Shown here piece by piece: positions 1-10,480 of a DNA stretch of 64,000 bases (its first letter is position 1; the number at the start of each line of letters is the position of its first letter). The notes under the pieces are model-generated. The model saw only the letters and a list, made by a program, of their open reading frames with translations. It ran no database searches and had not been told where the DNA came from. The translations under genes and the position numbers were made by a program. The DNA is taken from positions 40,920,001-40,984,000 of the forward strand of contig OZ024744.1 of NCBI GenBank assembly GCA_964016885.1, in the 5' to 3' direction. This DNA is from Eledone cirrhosa. Its lineage: Eukaryota.

Positions 1-3000
1 CTTTTAGTGGGGGACTGGATTGGAATCCTAGATGCACGTTGGGACTATGTGGGAGCATGTCCCGATAAAGGGAGGTATAACTAATCGGCCGATTTGACCT
101 GGCCGATAGATATCGACTAGATTTTCCGACTGTGCCACTGTGGACGTGGATTAATCTTAGCGGAACATCTAGATCGTACCTAGATAGGGCTCTAGTTAGA
201 AATAAGGATAGGGACATGTTAAGCTGTCCACAAATGTTCATGGTTGCTTATTCAGATCACAAACTAGTGACCTCCATGGTCAACCTTGATAGAACCCATA
301 GACAAGGACCCGGCTACTGGAAGCTGAACTTGTCGTTACCGACATGCAAAGCCTACAGTAGACGGATTAGCACTTTAGTTAAACAACACTTGACAGGGGG
401 GCCATTGTCAACAACAGATGGTGGTACTATCTCAAGAGGGCAGTTAGATTAGACTCGTTAGTTTTTAGTAAAGAATTAGCTTTAGATAGAAATAGAACCG
501 AGAAAGAACTGGTAGATAAAGTAGAAGAGGCAATTAGAAGTGGCAACGTAGCCCGCGTGCTAGCAACGAGAACGGCCTTGGACCAGTTCTTCGACGCAAA
601 GCATGAGGGCTGCGTTGTCAAAAGCAAAATACGTGCTCTGGGAAACGAAGGAGCCAAAGCTGTTAGCTGGGCCCGAGTGACGGAGGGAAAAAGTGGCAAC
701 AAGTCCACGATCCGGTCTTTGAAGGACCAAAACGGACGCGTGATACGTGAGCCGAAGCAGATGTGTGCGGCCTTTCAGCGGCACTTTGCTCAATGTTCAG
801 GCAGGGCGCCGCGCCGTGGGGGGGGGGGGGGGGGGCGGGGGTTATGGATTTCGGTCCATACCTCGACGGCCAACCGCGACTCTCGGACAGCGAGGCAACG
901 TTCTGCGAAAAGCCGATTTCAGCCGCTGAGATAGGGGACGTGTTGAGCCAATGCAGCAAACGCAAATCTCCAGGTCTCGACGGTCTACCTTACGAATTTT
1001 ACGTAGCAATGCTGGATTTATTCTCCGGTCTCCTGGAAGCGGTCTACTGCAACTGGCAACAGAACGGGAGAATTCCCAGTTCTGTGACCGGGGGCGTAGT
1101 CATATTAGCCAGGAAGGACGAGAATAAGGGGGATGACATAGGCAACTTCCGGCCCATAACTCTGCTAAACACAGAGTTACAGATTTTGGCCAAGGTGTTG
1201 GCAAAGAGGCTGGCGCTTGTCGTCGAGAACCTGGTGAGAGAAGCGCAGACATGCGCAATCCCGACCAGGTTCATACACAACAATCTCCACCTCATGCGAT
1301 ACATCATACAGAGGATAGGGTGTAAACCCGGCTTCGGTGGGGCCCTGATCAACTTGGATCAGTCTAAGGCTTTCGATAGGGTTACCCATCATTACCTGGA
1401 TGCGGTGCTCGAGGCGGCAGGCTTCAGACCCGTGTTCAGGGGCTGGATTGCTGCAATGCATAACAGCAACATCTGCTCAAGGGTTAAGGTGAACGGGTAC
1501 CTCTCGGAGCCGTTCCATATCACGCGATCCATTCGACAGGGATGCCCTCTCTCCTCCCTTCTGTACGTATTGACTCTCGAGCCACTACTGCGGAAGTTGG
1601 GGCTATTGCAGGGCATCTCTCTGGAACCGGGACCTCGGAAAGCGGCGTCGGCCTACGCCGACGACGTGACATTAATGGTGTCGAGCGCCTCGCAAATCGA
1701 GGAAGTCGGCACCTTACTGAAGGAATACGAAAGGTTCACAGGAGCGAAGCTAAACCGGGACAAGTCCATCGGTTTGCAACTCGGATCGTGGAGAGGCAGA
1801 CGGATGCCTTCAGATGGCGTCGTCGGACGCTGGACGGAAGGTCCAGTAAACCTGCTCGAGTCTGGTTTGGTCCGGACCTCCAGGTGGAGAAGAACTGGAA
1901 CGAGGTGTCGGCCAAGGTGTTTGCACTCACCCAGAAGTGAGCCGAGTGCAAACTATCCTTGAAAGGTCGAGCGGAGGTGGCGAACACTTTTATAGCGTCT
2001 GCCATCTACTACCGCTTGACCGCCGTGCCTTGTGTAGCCAAAACGCTCGCCAAAATGGAGCGCGCGCTCTTCCAATTCCTTTGGAAGAGGCGGGCTCCTT
2101 TGGTGAGAAGATCCATCTGCTGCCAACGCCCTTCCAACGGAGGCTGGGGATGCCGTGGCTGACGATGCGCAAACACGCGCTTAGGCTGCGGCATCTCTAC
2201 GTATTTCTCACCGGACAACCGGTGTGGACCCCGTCCGTGAGGCGAGCCTTCCCACGACTCGTCTCGCTGTCCGAGCTGCAGCCCTTGGTCAAGCAAAGAC
2301 TGAGGAAAATGGGCGACTGGCACATTGAATGTGCTCAGGCGCTCACAGCCCTCTGGCAGGCGGACCCGGCGATCAGTGGAGACTCCACTTCGTCATTCTA
2401 TAGAGGTTTGATCCGCAGCAAGTGCAACGACGCGCTCGGTGAAACTCTAGGCGTAGAGGAATATGAACTGGCCAGTCTGTTCGGTAGGACCTTCCGCCCG
2501 GGACCGATGGACAACTTCCAAAAGTCTCTGGACTGGCAGTGCTACCGAGGGGCTCTACCAGTTCGAGATAATTTCTACAGACATGGGCGCCCGGGCAGGG
2601 ATCCTGCAAAAAGGTTCTGTCCGAGGTGCGTGCGTAACGAAGAAACCGTCGCGCACGCATTCATACACTTCCCGGGCGTCACTGACCTGTGGGGCTATGT
2701 AGAACGACTATTGTCGCGGGTGGGACCAATCCGGTTGACCACCGAGTCCATTGTCATGATCAAACCGCCACCCTCCTTCAAAAACGAAGAAGAGGCGGTT
2801 CTCCTTTGTGTGATAGCTATGGCGAAAGAGGCTGTATGGTGGACAAGGTTGAAAGGGCTGAGGTCAGACACCTTTCTCTCCGGACAACAACTGATTCTTT
2901 TTTTCAAATACCACTTTGGAAGAATAATCAGGATGGAGAGAGAGGTGCTGTACCCCAGCAAGTTTTATGAAAGGTGGGTGAAAGTGGCGAGAATTGCCCG

Positions 3001-3160
3001 AGTGAATGGGCCTTCTCTCTATATCAGCCTGTAGGTTGAGGAAAAGGAGGAGGAGAGGAAAGGAGTACAAATTCTTCGTACTCCTGGAGATGAGGGTTGC
3101 ACATTTTTTCGGAGGTATGTGTTACCCATATGAACTGTCTCCCCCTATTGGGGAAAATCG
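1..3160 (+). mobile_element. Tx1-type (L1 clade) non-LTR retrotransposon, family 'C'; ORF2 (APE-RT-Cys domain) broken by frameshifts, 5' part outside the window
   Basis: ORF pieces 132-452 (SRSYLDR..YSDHK..GPGYWKLN, APE C-terminus), 763-1962 (SPGLDGLP, FRPITLLN, LDQSKAFDRV, QGCPLS, YADD) and 1937-3034 (CPRC..EETVAHAF). Clearly homologous to the Tx1 ORF2s at 33-56 kb. The 3'UTR hairpin CCCCTATTGGGG lies at 3142-3153. Confidence 0.9.
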
Positions 3161-3163
3161 ACT

Positions 3164-3337
3164 AATATATATATAAATATAAGTATTATACGTACATACA
3201 AATATGTATACAGACGTACAGTAGTATGTATATATACATACATACATGCACACACACATATATATATATGTGTGCATGTATGTATGTATATACATACTAC
3301 TGTACGTCTGTATACATATTTATATGTACGTATAATA

Positions 3338-3393
<56 letters not shown>

Positions 3394-3451
3394 ATATACG
3401 TCTATGCACTAACACACACATTGTTGAATTTGCACTATATATGCATGTATG

Positions 3452-3490
<39 letters not shown>
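3164..3490. repeat. (TA)n / (TACA)n microsatellite block
   Basis: Directly visible simple repeats. Confidence 0.95.
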
Positions 3491-3493
<3 letters not shown>

Positions 3494-4696
3494 TATATTT
3501 TGAGAATAAACTCTCAGTCGTTTACAATAATTAAGCTCCAGGAAAAGGGGCTCTTCCGAGCAGTTAAATACATTTAAAATATATGATAAACACGAAATGT
3601 TTTATATTGCAACAGACAAAGTTAGCTATTAATGAAATAAACTAATTAAAGTGAATACAATTTGTCTGTCTCGATATAAGTCAATAAAGACAAGCTTATA
3701 TTGGCAACGGCCATGATTCCTGGACAGATTTAAATTAAAAAATTCAAACCTGTTCTGTAGACGAATTTGAACCTCGAAACCTAAATAAGTTTCGCAACGG
3801 TGGAATGTGAATTGAAAAATAAAGAGAATCGAAATGGAATAGAAATAAAAGAGTGAAATATCCAAATCTTCTTTGCTTATCAACAGGAATCCAGTAAAAT
3901 TAGTATATCTCACATCAAAAATTTTGCAGGTCTGACTACACGTGTGTAGGCAGGCCAAAACTAGCCGTCCCGCATTCACGGTGCTAGAAATAACAGCCGC
4001 TTATGCAGGATTAAGGATCAGCTCTACAATAAAGGAGCCATACATTATATTATATTTTGAGAATAAACTCTCAGTCGTTTACAATAATTAAGCTCCAGGA
4101 AAAGGGGCTCTTCCGAGCAGTTAAATACATTTAAAATATATGATATACACGAAATGTGTTTATATTGCAACAGACAAAGTTAGCTATTAATGAAATAAAC
4201 TAATTAAAGTGAATACAATTTGTCTGTCTCGATATAAGTCAATAAAGACAAGCTTATATTGGCAACGGCCATGATTCCTGGACAGATTTAAATTAAAAAA
4301 TTCAAACCTGTTCTGTAGACGAATTTGAACCTCGAAACCTAAATAAGTTTCGCAACGGTGGAATGTGAATTGAAAAATAAAGAGAATCGAAATGGAATAG
4401 AAATAAAAGAGTGAAATATCCAAATCTTCTTTGCTTATCAACAGGAGTCCAGTAAAATTAGTATATCTCACATCAAAAATGTTGCAGGTCTGACTACACG
4501 TGTGTAGGCAGGCCAAAACTAGCCGTCCCGCATTCACGGTGCTAGAAATAACAGCCGCTTATGCAGGATTAAGGATCAGCTCTACAATAAAGGAGCCATA
4601 CATTATATTATATTTTGAGAATAAACTCTCAGTCGTTTACAATAATTAAGTTGCAATATAAACACATTTCGTGTTTATCATATATTTTAAATGTAT
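3487..4696. mobile_element. Non-coding tandem element: 2 full 557-558-bp units, a ~45-bp third unit and a 47-bp inverted tail; candidate non-autonomous Penelope-like/retrozyme-type retroelement
   Basis: 'gagaataaactctcag' recurs at 3502, 4059 and 4617. 4650-4696 is the reverse complement of the unit segment at ~3569-3613. Flanked by (TA)n on both sides. No credible ORF; many hairpins. Confidence 0.6.
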
Positions 4697-4707
4697 ATAT
4701 ATATATA

Positions 4708-5527
4708 TATAAATATATAAATGAAAGGTATAGAAAATATTGTAGCAAAAAGCCAACAGTATTCCATAATATATAAGTGACTATAGCGTCAAAATGGGAA
4801 AAATAGTTAACGTAAGATGTGGGAAAAATAATTTAAACTCATCTCAAAAAGAATCAGGATATAGATTCATCCACAGAATTTAGTGAAATCCAGGGAAAAA
4901 TCAATAGAGCCTTAACTCATGATAAAATAAAGTTTAAAATACTCATCCTTCAATTTGGAAAAACTTCAAATGCTCTGTATAGTCTTAAAGACTATTTCAC
5001 GAAAACTTTCAGTGGAGATGGTCACGGTTGGAATTCGATCCTCAGCAGAGCTCAACTCGATAACTAAAGTTCTCACAGATTAATATGCCAAAAAGGGAAT
5101 TTAAAACAGGCTAGTTCACCATCATGCGTGATTATGAAAAATAAAACGCATATGTGGAAGGACAGTGCTAGTGACGTCAGAATGAGACGAATGTTTGTTT
5201 ACAAGAAGCAACAGTAAAAAAACATTCCGAAAAGAAACCCTACAATAAGGAGTTCAGCAAAAAGCAATATTATTGCGGTTTTTTATAAAAAATACCGGGA
5301 TTAGTCACAAATAATTTAAGCACTCTAGGAAAGAAATCCGAGTATAAATATATAAATGAAAGGTATAGAAAACATTGTAGCAAAAAGCCAACAGTATTCC
5401 ATAATATATAAGTGACTATAGCGTCAAAATGGGAAAAATAGTTAACGTAAGATGTGGGAAAAATAAATCAAACTCATCTCCAAGAGAATCAGGATATAGA
5501 TTCATCCACAGAATTTAGTGAAATCCA

Positions 5528-5529
<2 letters not shown>
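4708..5529 (-). mobile_element. Non-coding 635-bp unit with a 187-bp terminal direct repeat (pseudo-LTR), carrying a hammerhead ribozyme; Penelope-like/retrozyme-type element
   Basis: 4708-4894 is repeated at 5343-5529 with a few substitutions. (TA)n on both flanks. Hammerhead motif at 4972-5051 on the minus strand. Confidence 0.7.
4972..5051 (-). ncRNA. Type I hammerhead ribozyme
   Basis: The minus strand reads GCTCTG-CTGAGGA-TCGAA..TTCGT-GAAA-TAGTC-TTTAA-GACTA-TA-CAGAGC. Stem I is GCTCTG/CAGAGC, the core is CUGAGGA plus GAAA, stem II is CGAA/TTCG, stem III is ATAGTC/GACTAT, and the cleavage triplet is AUA. Confidence 0.8.
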
Positions 5530-5563
<34 letters not shown>

Positions 5564-5567
<4 letters not shown>

Positions 5568-5790
5568 TCATCATCATCTTTTAATATCTACCTTCCATGC
5601 TAGCATGGGTTAGACGGTTTGGTTCCATTTGATGCGAGATTGGTTAGGAGACAATATCTATCTCGTACAGAAATGTATCTGGCAGGTTTTCTACGGCTGG
5701 GTACCCCAACCACATTTACAGTGTGGACTGGGTGTTTTTTGTTGTGTCACTGACATGACCACCTTTCAGTGGATGGAAATCAGAGGATCG
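5564..5790 (-). mobile_element. Decayed short interspersed repeat with an RTE-like 3' end and (TGA)n tail
   Basis: 'tcatcatcatcttttaatatctaccttccatgctagcatgggttagacgg' is the reverse complement of a tail resembling the RTE 3' ends at ~18480-18545 and ~30280-30330. Confidence 0.5.
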
Positions 5791-6184
5791 GGTAGGGTGC
5801 GGTGCGGTGGGGTGGGGTGTATGTTGGGTTGAGAGGTCCCTGCTGACTGTAGGTTTAACTTTGTACGTAGGGAAGGTGGGTCTTCTGTACAACTGCATGG
5901 TGCCAAAGATCTTGATCCAGTGACATTGTCTTAGAGAGGTGTAAGTGACCAGGACATAAAGTAAGATTGGAAACAGCACAGAAATATATTTGCATAATCT
6001 TTTTTCTTTTTTTCTTCTTTGATCAGTCAATGTGACATTGAAAAAAGGAGAAGAACAATTCTTTTATAAAAAAAAAATGAGTTTTATAAAGTATACAAGA
6101 TATTACTGGTTTCGATGTAATCCATCTTATCAAATATTAAATATTACAATTAACATTTTAAAAAGAATTAAAAATTAAAAATTA

Positions 6185-6408
6185 AGATAGATAAGATAAA
6201 TAGATAGATAAATTGATAGATAGATAGATTTGATAGTTAGATAGATAGATAGATAGATAAAATCCCGACTAGAAGGGGTATGTTTTGGGGAGCTGTTGTG
6301 TTTGTGGGTGTTTTTGCAGTGGTGTTAGGTGGAGTGGGGCTGGGTGGGACTGGGCTTGCAGGTTGGTTTGTTGTTCTTGTTTTGGTTGTGTTTGCGTGTT
6401 GTTGTTGT

Positions 6409-6467
<59 letters not shown>

Positions 6468-6468
6468 T
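6185..6468. repeat. (GATA)n microsatellites flanking a GT-rich low-complexity insert
   Basis: Directly visible. Confidence 0.85.
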
Positions 6469-6974
6469 TAAAACCCTGACTATGACACCAAACAGTTTCA
6501 GCTTGGTGCTTCAGTTGGGAGTTTACCTACCACTATACTCAATCTGCATCTCCATGATTGACTCAAGGTAATGGTAGTACTCCATGATTAAAGATCTCCT
6601 CGGTCTCAGCATCACAGACTCTCTCTCTCTCGCCCTCTTCCTATATGTATACCCCCCCCCCTATATACATCTATAATATTATAAAGCTGAGTGTCGTGTG
6701 TATTATGTATGTATTTATGTATCCTACACACCTCCTGATAGTTTCTTAGCTTTACTCTCTCCGTCGCTCTCCCCTCTCTCTATAATAGCTCATTCCCCCC
6801 TCTCTATAATTTAACTGCTTTACTCACTCTGTCGCTCTTCACTCTCAAATATTATAAAGATGAGCGTCGTCTCTCTCTCTCTCTATAATTTAACTGCTTT
6901 ACTCTCTGACTCTCTTCACTCTCTATATGACAACACTCTTTTACTTTCCGTATCTACCTTCAATATATCAATAT

Positions 6975-7056
6975 ATTCATCCTTACGGGGTCTATAAAAT
7001 AAAGTACCAGTAATGAACTGGGTTATTGCTGGCCTTGTGCCTAAAGTAGAAACAAA
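6975..7056 (+). mobile_element. 3' fragment of tRNA-derived SINE
   Basis: Matches the 3' half of the SINE at 27148-27340 (tcatcctt..ggggtc.ataaaataaagtaccagt..gctggccttgtgcc.aaagtagaaacaa). Confidence 0.75.
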
Positions 7057-7069
7057 TATATCAATATAT

Positions 7070-7360
7070 TCTCAGGTTCTTCTGCACGTCTGACTGAGGG
7101 GGCCAAACTCCTCAAATACCGGTCGCTCTCCGACAGGTGTGCGGTCGTACCCCTGGCAGTGGAGACTTCTGGTGTCCGCAGCCCCAGGGCTACCTCCTTA
7201 CTCACCACCATAGACGCTGAGCTGGCCAGCCGCAGGTGTGAGGCTCGCGAGTTGGACTGGCTTTTCCAGCGCGTCTCCCTTCCGTCTTCCGGGGAAACGC
7301 CTTCTCCATTATGTCCGCCGGGGCTGTGGGTGGGCCCCATAGCGTACCGTTGTAGTTGTT
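7070..7360 (+). mobile_element. 3' fragment of a CRE-clade non-LTR retrotransposon (REL endonuclease C-terminus)
   Basis: Translates as EGAKLLKYRSLSDRCAVVPLAVETSG...EARELDWLFQRVSL and, after a frameshift, VFRGNAFSI. This fits the K..KY / P.AVET.G / FQR.S...RGNA..I pattern of CRE elements. Confidence 0.7.
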
Positions 7361-7568
7361 GTATACAGATATTAACTCATCAATCCCATTATTTATATCA
7401 TATATCAACATAGAGATGAGTGTCGTATGTATGTTTATTTCAAAAGGATAACCTCCTTCAAATTCGGTCAACACACAAGCAGGTAATATATCCATCAAAA
7501 GGCAACCCTCTTAGAGAGAGAGAGTGAAAGAGACAGATTAGGAAAACTACACACACACACACACATCT

Positions 7569-7603
<35 letters not shown>

Positions 7604-7618
7604 GAGAGAAAGAGAGAA

Positions 7619-7662
<44 letters not shown>

Positions 7663-7767
7663 AAAGAGAAACAGAGGGACGGGCAAGCAGGTAATACATA
7701 CTTCTAAAATCATTTGGATACAAATATCATAATATAATTGTTGCACAACGAAAATACAGACAAATAT

Positions 7768-7846
7768 AATAATTGTTTCTACTTTAGGCACAAGGCCAGC
7801 AATTACACAGTGCATTACTGGTACTTTATTTTATCGACCCCGTAAG
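7768..7846 (-). mobile_element. 3' fragment of the same tRNA-derived SINE, inverted
   Basis: Reverse complement of the 6975-7056 / 27260-27340 sequence. Confidence 0.75.
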
Positions 7847-7899
7847 ACAAATATAATAATGTATGTATCCCACACACTTTTTCTGTCGTCGCTCGCATA

Positions 7900-7939
<40 letters not shown>

Positions 7940-8483
7940 ACATACACACACACACACCTGATTTCGCCAATTATTGCTGGATAACATCAAAACAACACAC
8001 ACACAGACACACACATGCACATACACACATACACAAACACACATACACAAACACACACACATATCTATACTTTATATGTATGTATGTAAGATCTTTCCCC
8101 CTCTCTATAATTTAACTGCTTTACTCTCTGTCGCTCTTCACTCTCTATATGACAACACTGTTTTAGTTTCCGTATCTCCCTTTAATATATACAGAGAGAG
8201 AGAGATTTAGAGAATTAGAAAGAGAGAGAAAGAGAGAGATTTAGAGAAAGATTAGGAAAACTACACACACACACATCTACAGAGAGAGACAGAAAAACAG
8301 AGGGAGGGGAAAAGAGATAGATAGGCCGTTAGACAGAGAGAGATACAATTAAAGTGTTAGTTATTCAGAGAGAGAGAGAGAGAATCGGAAGGACAATGTG
8401 ACATGGGAGGGTGTGTGGTATCTTTGCTGTGGAGTGGTGAGAGCAGGTATACCTAGCTGGACGCTAGCCGGACGGGCCAGCTA

Positions 8484-8518
<35 letters not shown>

Positions 8519-9060
8519 TACATAAATATAAAAGAGAGTGCTGTCATTTACATAGTAGAATGGAAAAAGTCTATGTCTTAGAAGCTGCTACAATATAGAC
8601 AATTGTAAATATTGAGGTAAAAGAATCAGATGAGGTAGGAGAGAGGTGAAGTTGAGTGCAACGAAAGGAAGAGGTGGGAAAGAACATGAGAAACCAGAGA
8701 TTATGTTGCTGTTGTAGAATTTATTAATCCTGGTATATTTTAGATAAACTATCCATTTTCAAGCGATCTGATGGTAACTTTGAAGAGTACTGGTGAGGAC
8801 CTTTTTCGGCCTCTGTGTTTTTTGTATTGAAGTTAAAACGTAATACAAGTCATATACAGCCAGAATGCATAAAATATATACAGCTAGAATGTAATGTATA
8901 ACATTTATACAGAAAAAATGTAATGTAACATATATGCAGCTAGAATATAAAATATAACATATATTTATCCATAATGTAAAATATAAAATATATACAGCCA
9001 TAATGTAATATATGTATATATATAGTTAGCATATATAAAATATATACAGCTGGAATGTAA

Positions 9061-10480
9061 CTTTGATAGGTTTTGGCCAGTATTGGCCTCAGGCCATGTC
9101 TACTTTAATAGCACCACCTGCTGAAGTCTTTCAAATCAGGATTTGGACACCTTGTCCCACTCAAGTAAAGAGATAGGAGGTTTATCCAGGATTTCTTGAA
9201 GGAATTTGTCTCCAAAGACCTCTTGAACATTATGGGGTCTGTTTCCATTTTAATGTGTTTGGGTGTAATGTTAAAGAGAGTGGGGCAATTGAGGTGAAAT
9301 AATTGTGCCGTATTGTTGTTATGAGATGAGAGTTTGATTGATGTTGTGGGTGTACCTTAAAGGTGATGCCAACATCATTTGGGCAATGCTGATGGAATGT
9401 TTTCCAGATCATGCATACACTGTAGCTCTCATGCTGGCATTGAAGAGAATACATTTTGGGGTTTTCTAGTTGACCCCAATAGTCAAGGCCTGGCATGCCA
9501 TCTATCTTTTTTGTCATTGACCTTTGAGGTGCTTCAATTTTCATGATACTTTGTTTTGTGTGGGGAGACCACAGTGGACAACAGTATTGAAGGTAGTGTC
9601 AAGCAAAAGTGGAGAAGAGAAGGGTAATGGTGTGGATGTCTCTTGACTGGAAAGTTCTGAGAATCGAGGAACACATTCAGTGGGAGATATCAACTTTGCT
9701 GTTTATCTGAGTGGCCCAGCTTATGTTGTCCACAATTACTGCCAAGTCTATGATGTTGATGGGTGCCATGAGAGTTTCCCCTGAAGGAAGGGAGTATGGG
9801 AGTTTCAGTGCATCCTCTTTTCCAAAGTGGATTAACTCCAATTTATCCTCATTCATCAGCATATTGTTCTTTTCCACCCATTGGATAACAGCAGTAGATC
9901 TGATCGAAAGCATGTCTGGTCACCCACTCCATTGATGACCTTCTGGAGCTTGGAATCCTCTGCAAAGATTCTTATGTTGCTGTGCTTGATGATGTCAGTA
10001 ACGTAATTTATATGAATGAAAATAAGTGGACCCAACACAGTGCCTTGCGGAATACCACTACTGACTTTGGCTGGGCTTGATTTTACTCCTTCATTACAAC
10101 ATGTTAGGCTCTGTCTGCCAGGAAACACTTGATCCACTAGCAACATTCCAGAGACACCATTGTTGGATAGTTTTTTTCAGGAGAATGTTGTGATCAACCC
10201 TGTCAAAGGCCTTGCTGAAATCAAGGTAGATGACATCAGTGTTGAAGCCCTCTCCCAAAGTTCTTAAAATGTCATCAAAGTGATGCAAGAGTTGTGTTAG
10301 ACAGTCCCTTCCAAGTTGGTCGGGTTCAGCAGTCTATTGCTTTCTAGAAAGTGAGTTATTCGTGATCTTACCACCCTCTCAAATACCTTGATGATATGAG
10401 AGACGAGTGTGATTCGACAGGGAGTCATATCTCTTTTTGAAAACTGGGACAGAAAGTTTTCAAGAATATAGCCAGCATCA
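9061..10480 (-). mobile_element. Decayed CR1-group LINE RT fragment
   Basis: DVIYLDFSKAFDRVDHNILLKK (10094-10288), SGIPQGTVLGPLIF..IRIFAEDSKL (9856-10146) and W..KNNMLMNEDKLELIHFG. Confidence 0.85.

Larger units (their letters stand above)
6670..8484 (+). mobile_element. Composite non-autonomous Helitron with repeated 5' segments and captured SINE/LINE fragments
   Basis: 5' end A|TCTATAATATTATAAAGCTGAG followed by (TATG)-like repeats. 3' end is a GC-rich inverted repeat ctagctgg..ccagCTAG|T. 5'-like blocks recur at ~6848, ~7400 and ~8063. Confidence 0.55.

Noticed and set aside
3988-4042. ATAACAGCCGC..TAAAGGAG resembling a twister ribozyme
   Set aside because: The conserved P4 loop and pseudoknot pairings could not be found.
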